17,885 bases of DNA from a virus (lineage: Duplodnaviria; Heunggongvirae; Uroviricota; Caudoviricetes), in IMG/VR virus record IMGVR_UViG_2671180349_000004. One strand, written 5' to 3'. The notes beneath the pieces were generated by a model, which searched no databases, was not told the DNA's origin, and was given only the letters and a program-made list of their open reading frames with translations. The translations under genes and the position numbers were made by a program. Shown piece after piece: positions 9,046-16,443 of this stretch (its first letter is position 1; each line of letters starts with the position of its first letter).

Positions 9046-10098
9046 ATGAATCTGGTGATGTCAGATAATGCCCGTAACAAGCTGGGCTGCTACATGACGC
9101 GACAGGCGTCGATTAACAATATCCCGGTTTCTGGACTGGTATCGCGATTTACCGTGGAACCCGCGGTGCAGCAGCGTTTTGAAAACGCCTCAAAGGATAG
9201 CACCGAACTTACAAAAAAAATTAACGTGATCGGTGTGACCGACCAGAAAGGCGAAAAAGTCCTCATGGACACCACCGGGCCGATTGCGCGCACAAATACC
9301 AGTTATGACGGCACAGATCGCCGCAACCCGATTAACGCTGTCGACCTGAAGTCCCGTCAGTACCAGTGTGAGCAGGTGAACTACGACACGTTTATTTCGT
9401 ATCCGCAGCTTGATGCCTGGGCGGCGCACAATGACTTCCAGACCCGCATCAGCGCACAGATTGCCCGACAGGTGGCGCTTGACCGCATCATGATCGGCTT
9501 TAACGGCACGTCACACGCGGAAAAATCCAACTTCAGCACCAACAAGCTGCTTCAGGACGTTAACGTGGGGTGGCTGGAGCACATCAGAACCAATGCCAGC
9601 GCGCGCGTAATGAATGACGTGACGCTGACCTCCCGCAACATGGACAACACCGTGGCGCACGCGGGTAAGTATGCGAATGCTGATGCACTGGTTCAGGACG
9701 CACGCTCATCCCTGCTGGATGAATGGCACAAGGAAGCTGACGACCTCGTGGTGATTATGGGGCGCAACCTGTTTAACTCGCTGCGTCTGCCCGTGCTGAA
9801 CAGCATCAGCGGCCAGAATCCCAATGCGGAATTACTCGCCGGGCAGCTCATCCTGTCATCGCGCACCATTGGCGGGCTGGGTGTGTTCCTTGCGCCGTTC
9901 TTCCCGGATGCAACGATGCTGATCACCTCGTTCAACAACCTGTCGATTTACTGGCAGAAAGGTTCAATGCGTCGCCTGATGAAAGACGAGCCGGAATACA
10001 ACCGCATCGCCACCTACCAGTCCATCAATGACGCTTATGTCGTTGAAGACTATGGCAAGTGCGCGATGGTCACTGGCCTGAAGTTCGCCGACAGCTAA
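9046..10098 (+). CDS. N: Major capsid protein gpN
   Basis: 350 aa (P2 N about 357 aa); RBS AAGGAG at 9031-9036. Blocks FTVEP, MIGFNGT, LQDVNVGWL, ARVM, DLVVIMGRNL, FFPDATMLIT, NLSIYW, YVVEDYG align with P2 N as recalled. Confidence 0.9.
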   Translation: MNLVMSDNARNKLGCYMTRQASINNIPVSGLVSRFTVEPAVQQRFENASKDSTELTKKINVIGVTDQKGEKVLMDTTGPIARTNTSYDGTDRRNPINAVDLKSRQYQCEQVNYDTFISYPQLDAWAAHNDFQTRISAQIARQVALDRIMIGFNGTSHAEKSNFSTNKLLQDVNVGWLEHIRTNASARVMNDVTLTSRNMDNTVAHAGKYANADALVQDARSSLLDEWHKEADDLVVIMGRNLFNSLRLPVLNSISGQNPNAELLAGQLILSSRTIGGLGVFLAPFFPDATMLITSFNNLSIYWQKGSMRRLMKDEPEYNRIATYQSINDAYVVEDYGKCAMVTGLKFADS

Positions 10099-10107
10099 TC
10101 AACTCAC

Positions 10108-10126
10108 GGCGGGCATCATGCCCGCC
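10108..10126 (+). other. GC-rich hairpin GGCGGGCAT-c-ATGCCCGCC between N and M
   Basis: Read directly: 9-bp arms. Only a short TGT follows, so at best a partial terminator or RNA-stabilising stem-loop. Confidence 0.4.
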
Positions 10127-10143
10127 TGTAACGGAGAGAAACA

Positions 10144-10944
10144 ATGATTACTCCTGCACAGCAACACTGGCAGAACGTGATGGCACAGCGCGCAGGCCGG
10201 GCGAATGAAGGCGTGGACCACGCCGCGCGTACCGCGCATGAAGAGGTGCTGTATCGTCTGCGTCTGGCACAGGCCCGGCTTAAGGGCGTACAGGCCAGAA
10301 GCGCGAAAGCCGCCATCAAAAAAGAGTTGTTGCCGGATTTTTCCGGCTGGATTGAGGGAACGCTGGAGGCTGACGGCGGGCAGCAGGATGAAGTGATTGC
10401 CACGCTGATGGTGTGGGCGATTGACTGCGGCGATCTTCCGCTGGCGTTGCGTATTGGTGCGTATGTGGTCCGTCATAACCTCATTATGCCGGATAACTTT
10501 GGCCGTACTGCTGCCACAGTGCTGACCGAAGAAATCTGCAACCCGGTACTGACGCAGGCCGGGACGGATGCCGACGCGGATTTGTCCGCCTTTATCGAAC
10601 CACTGGATACCCTCCGGGAGATTGTCACCGACCAGGACATGCCGGACGAAGTGCGCGCCAAATTATGCAAGGCGTGCGCCTTTGCCCGCCGTGGCCTGAG
10701 CGATGCGGACAGCATGGCACTGTCACTGAAGCTGCTGCGCGAAGCAATGCACCTGAACCCGAACGCAGGTGTGAAACGCGAGATTGCAACCCTTTCCCGC
10801 GCCCTGAAAAAAGCCGATTCCGCAGCCGCACCAGAAGACGCCAGCGCACAGCAGGCGCAGGACGAAAGCAGCAAAAGTAAAAAGACAACGCGGAAGCCTG
10901 CAACACGAAAAACCACCGCGACGCAGAAGGCGAAGCGCGGTTAA
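10144..10944 (+). CDS. M: Terminase small (endonuclease) subunit gpM
   Basis: 266 aa. MITPAQQHW, ELLPDFSGW, MPDEVRAKL, AGVKREI and a basic Lys/Arg/Thr-rich C-terminal tail resemble P2 M (MTSPAQRHM, ELLPFWLPW, MPDEVRAKL, AGVKKEI, recalled). Confidence 0.85.
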   Translation: MITPAQQHWQNVMAQRAGRANEGVDHAARTAHEEVLYRLRLAQARLKGVQARSAKAAIKKELLPDFSGWIEGTLEADGGQQDEVIATLMVWAIDCGDLPLALRIGAYVVRHNLIMPDNFGRTAATVLTEEICNPVLTQAGTDADADLSAFIEPLDTLREIVTDQDMPDEVRAKLCKACAFARRGLSDADSMALSLKLLREAMHLNPNAGVKREIATLSRALKKADSAAAPEDASAQQAQDESSKSKKTTRKPATRKTTATQKAKRG

Positions 10945-11046
10945 CGACTGACCCCGTCAGCGGGCGGCGTGCGCGGTGTTCCGGTTTGACTCCGTGACCG
11001 TTTACACCGCGCACCCACCGCCCGATTTTTTTCAGGAGTGAACCCC

Positions 11047-11541
11047 ATGAGTATGGTTGCCAGAACCAACCCCGGACCCGCAGAGGACGACATCACCGAT
11101 ACCGATGATGGTGATACCCGTATTTCAGCGGGCGCATTCTGGCCGGATATTGTGCTGCGTGAGCTGCGTCTGGCGGTACGACTGCCGGGCCGTGTGACCA
11201 CCTCCCGCCTGCTGCATACCGCCACCGGGGCGGTGGCTCACGTTACCCGCGAGCTGGAAGCATGGCAGCAGGAACAGCAGGCGGCTGGCCATCAGACGCT
11301 GGCCGATGTTCCGGCACCCGTAATTAACGGAGAAAGCGTCAATCTCTGGCACTGGCGCAATGCTGTTTATACCGCCACACGCGCCCTGATTCTGGAGCGT
11401 TACCGCGATGCGGACACAACGGACAAGGGCGACCGCCGGGCGGACGCACTGGATATACAGACATCAGATTTGTGGCGCGATGTGAGCTGGGCCATCTCTG
11501 ACATTCTGTGCCGCCCGCGAATCTTTGCGGAGTTGTGCTGA
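11047..11541 (+). CDS. L: Head completion / stabilisation protein gpL
   Basis: Start placed at ATG 11047 with RBS AGGAG at 11034-11038 (the ORF track begins at GTG 11038). About 165 aa, matching P2 L in size and position. Stop TGA at 11539-11541 overlaps the X start. Confidence 0.8.
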   Translation: MSMVARTNPGPAEDDITDTDDGDTRISAGAFWPDIVLRELRLAVRLPGRVTTSRLLHTATGAVAHVTRELEAWQQEQQAAGHQTLADVPAPVINGESVNLWHWRNAVYTATRALILERYRDADTTDKGDRRADALDIQTSDLWRDVSWAISDILCRPRIFAELC

Positions 11542-11741
11542 TGAAAGTGAAGGCACTGGAAGGCGACACCGTGGATTCGCTCTGTTTCCGGTACTACGGC
11601 ACGACGCAGGGCGTCACCGAAAAGGTGCTGGATGCCAACCCCGGACTCTGTCAGCAGGTATTTCTGGACGCCGGGCAGGACGTGGAGATGCCGGAGCCGG
11701 AGAAGAAGAAACGAGAAATGATTCAGTTGTGGGGGGAGTAG
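11541..11741 (+). CDS. X: Tail protein gpX (LysM-like small tail component)
   Basis: 66 aa from ATG 11541 (MKVKALEGDTVDSLCFRYYGTTQGVTEKVLDANPGL...), compared with P2 X MKTFALQGDTLDAICVRYYGRTEGVVETVLAANPGL (recalled). The longer ORF-track start at 11508 lies inside L. Confidence 0.85.
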   Translation: MKVKALEGDTVDSLCFRYYGTTQGVTEKVLDANPGLCQQVFLDAGQDVEMPEPEKKKREMIQLWGE

Positions 11742-11743
11742 CA

Positions 11744-12067
11744 GTGAACACCATTCAAACAGGGATCACAGAGCAGGTTATTGCATGGCTCTTTGACCAC
11801 CTGCCAACGGTGTATGCAGCAGGCGCGGCGGTCAGCATTTCCGCGCTGATGAGTCTTTATGACGGACGAACACTGGTTCAGACCGTAACGGGATCGCTGG
11901 CGTGCGGCGTTCTCGCCATGGCCGTGGCCGGGTCGTTGCGCTTCTTCGGTTTTCCTGAAGATGCCGTGACGTTTATCGGCGCATCAATCGGTTTTATGGG
12001 GGCAGAGAAAGCACGCGACAAGGTTATTGCGGCCTTTAATCGCAGGGTGAAGGAGAAGGACGAATGA
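11744..12067 (+). CDS. Holin (putative, about 107 aa, three hydrophobic segments)
   Basis: GTG start at 11744 with RBS GGGGGGAG at 11731-11738. Hydrophobic stretches AAGAAVSISALMSL, LACGVLAMAVAGSL, VTFIGASIGFMGA and a charged C-terminus. Position directly upstream of the endolysin. Confidence 0.6.
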   Translation: MNTIQTGITEQVIAWLFDHLPTVYAAGAAVSISALMSLYDGRTLVQTVTGSLACGVLAMAVAGSLRFFGFPEDAVTFIGASIGFMGAEKARDKVIAAFNRRVKEKDE

Positions 12068-12456
12068 GCAACACATTTAAATTCAGCAGCCGGAGCGAAA
12101 AGAATTTGCAGGGCGTAAATCCTGAGCTGGTGAAAGTGACCCGACGGGCACTGGAAATTTCGGAAGTGGATTTTGGTATCACCGAAGGGTTGCGCAGCCG
12201 TTACCGCCAGAAGCAACTTGTGGCCACGGGTAAGAGCCAGACCATGAACAGCCGCCACCTTACGGGGCATGCCGTGGATGTTGTGGCTTATGTCGGCAGC
12301 CAGGTGTCATGGGAATGGCCGCTGTACGAAAAAATCGCAGCAGCATTCAGACAGGCCAGCCGGGAACTGAATATTCCGGTGGAATGGGGCGGCGACTGGA
12401 AGACCCTGAAAGACGGACCGCATTTTCAGTTACCGCACGGAGTTTATCCGGCATGA
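12064..12456 (+). CDS. Endolysin, peptidase M15 family (L-alanyl-D-glutamate / D-Ala-D-Ala metallopeptidase type)
   Basis: 130 aa; start overlaps the holin stop (ATGA). Zinc-ligand pattern SRHLTGHAVDV followed by a downstream His (DGPHFQL), typical of M15 peptidases. Confidence 0.8.
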   Translation: MSNTFKFSSRSEKNLQGVNPELVKVTRRALEISEVDFGITEGLRSRYRQKQLVATGKSQTMNSRHLTGHAVDVVAYVGSQVSWEWPLYEKIAAAFRQASRELNIPVEWGGDWKTLKDGPHFQLPHGVYPA

Positions 12457-12860
12457 AGCTCTGGCCCACGCTGGGCGTCGCTTTTCTTCTGATTGCCGCC
12501 TGGGGAGCATCCATGCGTCTGTCGTGGTCACTGGGCCGGGAGAACGCCAGAAACGAAGCGCAGGCCAGCACCCTGAAAAGTACCGTCGACACCCTGAATA
12601 TCATCAGCGCCGGGGTACAGGATATGCAGCAGGTGCTGGCACAACTCCGCGCGGAAAATCAGCAACGCAATCAGGACGGAGAGGCCAGACGTGAACAGCT
12701 ACGCAACGATATTGCAAAAGATGAATGCGCCCACGCTTTGCCTGACGCTCGTTTTACTGACAGGTTGCGCAGGCACGCAGAACGCGCCACGGCCAGCGCC
12801 GTCAGTCCGGCTTATACCGCAGACGCTGACCATACCGGTAACGCCTCCCCCCTTCCCTGA
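12453..12860 (+). CDS. i-spanin (Rz/LysB-like)
   Basis: ATG at 12453 overlaps the endolysin stop. N-terminal transmembrane segment LGVAFLLIAAW followed by a Gln/Arg-rich coiled-coil region. Confidence 0.7.
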   Translation: MKLWPTLGVAFLLIAAWGASMRLSWSLGRENARNEAQASTLKSTVDTLNIISAGVQDMQQVLAQLRAENQQRNQDGEARREQLRNDIAKDECAHALPDARFTDRLRRHAERATASAVSPAYTADADHTGNASPLP

Positions 12861-13011
12861 CACTCCCACATGGGGAAATCTCGGTATATGGGGCGACCGC
12901 CTTCTGGATGCACTGGAAACCTGTAACGCGGATAAACGGGCCATTGAATTACTGGAACAGCGCAGGCTGCAACGACTGAACAACGAGGACAACAACCATG
13001 CTGAAAACTGA
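12721..13011 (+). CDS. o-spanin (Rz1/LysC-like outer-membrane lipoprotein), overlapping the i-spanin in another frame
   Basis: Signal peptide with lipobox: MNAPTLCLTLVLLTG-C. Pro-rich mature region (PVTPPPFPDTP). Starts inside the i-spanin gene and extends 151 nt past its end. Confidence 0.65.
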   Translation: MNAPTLCLTLVLLTGCAGTQNAPRPAPSVRLIPQTLTIPVTPPPFPDTPTWGNLGIWGDRLLDALETCNADKRAIELLEQRRLQRLNNEDNNHAEN

Positions 13012-13465
13012 TTCCCTGCGTGAAGCCATGACCCGTTCATGCCGATGGTGTCAGGCCAACCCGGAAAAATTCACCATTTTCGTGGAGAGCGGCAACATTG
13101 AAACGACCGGAGAAACGCCCTCGTTTGTTTACCGCTATCAGATGGTGATGTTTGTCATGGATTACGCCGGGGAGCTGGATGACCTCACGCTGCCGCTGCT
13201 GGCGTGGTTATCCGAAAATCAGCCACAGTTGCTGCTCAACCCTGAGCGTAATCAGGACATCAAATTCTCCGCCGTTATCAATGACGATGACAGCGCCGAC
13301 CTCCTGTTTACGCTCCCCCTGCGGGAACGCGTTCGCATCACGCGCAACAGTCAGGGCACACCGCAGGCAGAACACCTGCCGGAGCCAAAACCCCGTCTGC
13401 CCTCTTCCGAAGGCGACTGGTCGCATGTATTCCAGGATGTGACGTGGGGTGAAAGCGATGGATAA
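12998..13465 (+). CDS. R: Tail completion protein gpR
   Basis: 155 aa, the same length as P2 R as recalled, in the expected position after the lysis genes. Confidence 0.8.
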   Translation: MLKTDSLREAMTRSCRWCQANPEKFTIFVESGNIETTGETPSFVYRYQMVMFVMDYAGELDDLTLPLLAWLSENQPQLLLNPERNQDIKFSAVINDDDSADLLFTLPLRERVRITRNSQGTPQAEHLPEPKPRLPSSEGDWSHVFQDVTWGESDG

Positions 13466-14093
13466 GGCATTCACCCGCGTGGATGAAACCTTTGAGGCCA
13501 TCCGCGACAGCCTGAATCAGCAGGCCATCAATAACATCGCCAGAAAGCTGGCACAGGATTTACGCCGCGCCCAGCAGGCGCGTATCCGGTCACAGAAAGC
13601 GCCGGACGGGACCGCGTGGACACCACGCAGACGCCGCGTAACCCGGATACAGGAACGCATTCGCTTTATCTGGAATAACGAAGCACGCACGCTGAAAAAC
13701 TGGCATCACGACACGGGGAAATACGGGCGAACCATTACCGGGTGGGATGAGGATAAAAACAATATCCGCACGTTTTACCGGGATGACATCGACCGTTTTC
13801 TGGAAATACGCACCCGGCGCATCAACCAGGACAGCACCAGGCGCGTCCCCATGTTCGTAAAACTGCGCACCGCCCGCTACCTGAAAACCCGTGCAGATGC
13901 TTCCGGTGTGACGGTGGGTTACAGCGGCGTGGCCGCACGTATTGCACGCGTTCATCAGTTCGGTGAGCGCGATCAGGTTGCGCCGGGCATTTTCACCGAT
14001 TACCCGGTACGTGAGCTGCTGGGTATCAGCCAGGCAGATGAGCGCCTGATTTATAACACGGTGCTGGGCCGGATTGCGGAGGCTGTACGGTGA
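13458..14093 (+). CDS. S: Tail completion / virion morphogenesis protein gpS-like
   Basis: ATG 13458 overlaps the R stop (ATGGATAA). Assigned by synteny between R and V. At about 211 aa it is longer than the roughly 150 aa I recall for P2 S. Confidence 0.65.
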   Translation: MDKAFTRVDETFEAIRDSLNQQAINNIARKLAQDLRRAQQARIRSQKAPDGTAWTPRRRRVTRIQERIRFIWNNEARTLKNWHHDTGKYGRTITGWDEDKNNIRTFYRDDIDRFLEIRTRRINQDSTRRVPMFVKLRTARYLKTRADASGVTVGYSGVAARIARVHQFGERDQVAPGIFTDYPVRELLGISQADERLIYNTVLGRIAEAVR

Positions 14094-14671
14094 GCGCAGA
14101 ACTCATGCGACTGCTGAGCAATGTCATCCGCACCGGGATCATCTCTGAAGTTGATGAGAAGTCCTGGTGCGTGCGCGTTCGCAGCGGCGAACTGGAAACA
14201 GGCTGGTTACGCTGGAACACCACGCGCGCGGGAGCCTTCAATGTGTGGCTGCCGCCATCACCCGGCGAACAGGTGGTCATTGCCTGCATCGGCGGCAACC
14301 CGGAAACCGCCATGATAATTGGCAGCCTGTGGAGTGATGCCAGTCCGGCCCCCGGCAAAAGCCTGAAAGAAATCGTGGTCAGCGCGCCGGATGGCGCGGT
14401 GTTCCGCTACGACGCGGACGCAGGCGCACTGAGCGCCAGCGGCATGAAAACAGCCAGCCTGCAGGCATCCGTCAGCGTGACACTGGACACGCCCGTCGTG
14501 GAATGCACAAACCTTCTGAGAACGGCGACGCTTGACGTCACAAAAGGGGGAAAGATGAGCGGCAATATCACGCACAGCGGCGGCAATTTCACCTCAAACG
14601 GCATCACAGTGCATACACATAAGCACGGTGGCGTTAAAGGTGGCAGCGATTCGACAGGAGGCCCGCAGTGA
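14090..14671 (+). CDS. V: Baseplate spike / assembly protein gpV
   Basis: GTG start overlapping the S stop. VIRTGIISEVD, WLRW, PSPGEQVVIA, CTNLL, TLDVTKGGKMSGNITHSGG, VHTHKHGG align with P2 V (MIRTGIIVETD, WLQW, PSVGEQVLIL, CTNRL, TLEVQKGGTMRGNIEHTGG, LHTHKHPG, recalled). Confidence 0.85.
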   Translation: MSAELMRLLSNVIRTGIISEVDEKSWCVRVRSGELETGWLRWNTTRAGAFNVWLPPSPGEQVVIACIGGNPETAMIIGSLWSDASPAPGKSLKEIVVSAPDGAVFRYDADAGALSASGMKTASLQASVSVTLDTPVVECTNLLRTATLDVTKGGKMSGNITHSGGNFTSNGITVHTHKHGGVKGGSDSTGGPQ

Positions 14672-15018
14672 CAACCCGCTACACAGGAATGAACCCGGAC
14701 GGGACGGGAAACCTGAACGATATGGAGCACCTGAAACAGTCAGTCAGGGACATCCTGACCACCCCGCTGGCAAGCCGGGTTATGCGACGGGAATATGGCA
14801 GCCTTTTGCCTGATTTGATTGACGAACCCATGAATAACACCACGCGTCTGCAATGCATGAGTGCTGCCGTGATTGCACTGACACGATGGGAACCCCGCAT
14901 TGCCCTGGACGCCATCGACGTTGTCTGGAAGGCAGGAGGCCGCGCCGGGGTGACGCTGTCGGGCACTGTCATGCAGACCATGCAGAATGTTGAATTAACC
15001 ATCACGCTGAGGGAGTAA
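14668..15018 (+). CDS. W: Baseplate wedge protein gpW (GPW/gp25 family)
   Basis: GTG start with RBS AGGAG at 14656-14660. MTTRYTGMNPDG...SRVMRREYGSLL matches P2 W MTARYLGMNRSDG...SRVMRRDYGSLL (recalled). Confidence 0.85.
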   Translation: MTTRYTGMNPDGTGNLNDMEHLKQSVRDILTTPLASRVMRREYGSLLPDLIDEPMNNTTRLQCMSAAVIALTRWEPRIALDAIDVVWKAGGRAGVTLSGTVMQTMQNVELTITLRE

Positions 15019-15021
15019 ATC

Positions 15022-15918
15022 ATGCCCGCCGTTGACCTTTCCCAGTTACCGGAACCCGCCATCATCGCGGAGCCTGACTTTGAAGCAATTCTGGCTGACA
15101 CAAAAGCCATGATGATTGCGTCCTATCCCGCCGAACAGCGTGAAGCCGTTTCCGCCGCGCTGGAGCTGGAATCGGAACCCCTTAACGTTATCGCCCAGAC
15201 AACAGCGTTTCGTGAAATGCTGTTACGCCAGCGGGTCAATGAGGGTGCACGCGCCTGCATGTTAAGCCACAGCGCCGGGACAGACCTGGACAACCTCGCG
15301 GGCAATATGAACACAAAGCGCCTGGTTATCACTCCGGCAACGGATACCACCGACGCGGTGATGGAGAGCGACACCTCGCTTAGACTGCGGGCGCAGCGGG
15401 CGTACGACGGCCTGAGTGTTGCTGGCCCGTCAGGTGCATACGAGTATTTTGCCCGCAGCGCCAGCGGTCTGGTGCGTGATGCGCGGGCTATCAGTCCGTC
15501 TCCGGCCAATGTGACGGTTTCCATCCTGTCCACTGAAGGCGACGGCACAGCAACGGAGGCGTTGCTTAATACCGTTCGCGCCGTTCTGAATGCAGAGGAT
15601 ACCCGCCCGGTGGCCGACCGCCTGACGGTACAGAGCGCCAGAATCGTGACATGGCGGCTGAATGCAAAACTGTACTTTTACCCCGGCCCGGAATCCGAAC
15701 CTATTCTGGCCGCAGCTGAATCGTCGTTCAGGAAGTGGCTGGCTGAGCAGGGGCTTATCGGTCAGGACGTGGCGTTGTCCGCCATTGCTGCCGCACTGCA
15801 TGTGCACGGTGTGCAACGCGTGGAGATAATCGAACCCACACAGAATATGGCCATCAGCGACATACAGGCGGCGCGCTGTGAGTCATTCACCATCAGCGAA
15901 GGTGGGCGTAATGAGTAA
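15022..15918 (+). CDS. J: Baseplate assembly protein gpJ
   Basis: 298 aa. LSQLPEP, ESEPL, RQRVNE, VAGPSGAYEYFARSA, SPSPANVTVSILS, RPVADRLTVQSA, YFYPGPESEPI, LHVHGVQRVE align with P2 J as recalled. Confidence 0.9.
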   Translation: MPAVDLSQLPEPAIIAEPDFEAILADTKAMMIASYPAEQREAVSAALELESEPLNVIAQTTAFREMLLRQRVNEGARACMLSHSAGTDLDNLAGNMNTKRLVITPATDTTDAVMESDTSLRLRAQRAYDGLSVAGPSGAYEYFARSASGLVRDARAISPSPANVTVSILSTEGDGTATEALLNTVRAVLNAEDTRPVADRLTVQSARIVTWRLNAKLYFYPGPESEPILAAAESSFRKWLAEQGLIGQDVALSAIAAALHVHGVQRVEIIEPTQNMAISDIQAARCESFTISEGGRNE

Positions 15919-16441
15919 TTCACTGTTACCGCCATCAGCCAGCAATTTCATGCGTTGCGCCGAAGCTGTCGGAGCGCGCATTACAGACATCCCGGTAGAC
16001 CTCAACACGCTGTGGTCACCGGACACCTGCCCGGTGCATCTGCTGCCTTATCTCGCCTGGGCATTTTCCGTTGACCGCTGGGATCGCAACTGGCCGGAAG
16101 AGACAAAGCGACAGGTGATTCGTGATGCATGGCTGATACACCGACACAAAGGAACCATCAGCGCACTGCGCCGGGCCATTGAGCCGCTGGGATACCTCAT
16201 TCGCGTGTCTGAGTGGTGGGAGTTCGGCGGAGAACCGGGAACATTTACCGTTGAAGTCGGCACGCTGGACAGTGGCGTGACGGAGGAAATGTATCTGGAA
16301 ATGGAGCGGTTGATTGCTGATGCCCGCCCGGTCAGCCGCCACATGACAGGGCTGAATATCATTCAGGAAATTCCGGGGGATATTTTCGCGGCGGCAGCAA
16401 CTTACGACGGTGAAGTCATTACCATTTATCCGGACGATTAA
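15911..16441 (+). CDS. I: Baseplate protein gpI
   Basis: ATG 15911 overlaps the J stop (ATGAGTAA). LLPYLAWAFSVDRWD, HKGTI, EPLGYLI, EWWE, GEPGTF, MYLEMERLIADARPVSRH match P2 I as recalled. Confidence 0.85.
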   Translation: MSNSLLPPSASNFMRCAEAVGARITDIPVDLNTLWSPDTCPVHLLPYLAWAFSVDRWDRNWPEETKRQVIRDAWLIHRHKGTISALRRAIEPLGYLIRVSEWWEFGGEPGTFTVEVGTLDSGVTEEMYLEMERLIADARPVSRHMTGLNIIQEIPGDIFAAAATYDGEVITIYPDD

Positions 16442-16443
16442 GC

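Noticed and set aside
11525-12067. Long 180-aa form of the holin ORF from the ORF track
   Set aside because: The first 73 codons overlap gene X in another frame and lack a start with an RBS. The GTG at 11744 with a GGGGGGAG RBS gives a holin-sized product.
12309-12860. Long 183-aa form of the i-spanin ORF
   Set aside because: The upstream part is the alternate frame of the endolysin 3' end. ATG 12453, overlapping the endolysin stop, yields a protein beginning with the expected N-terminal transmembrane segment.
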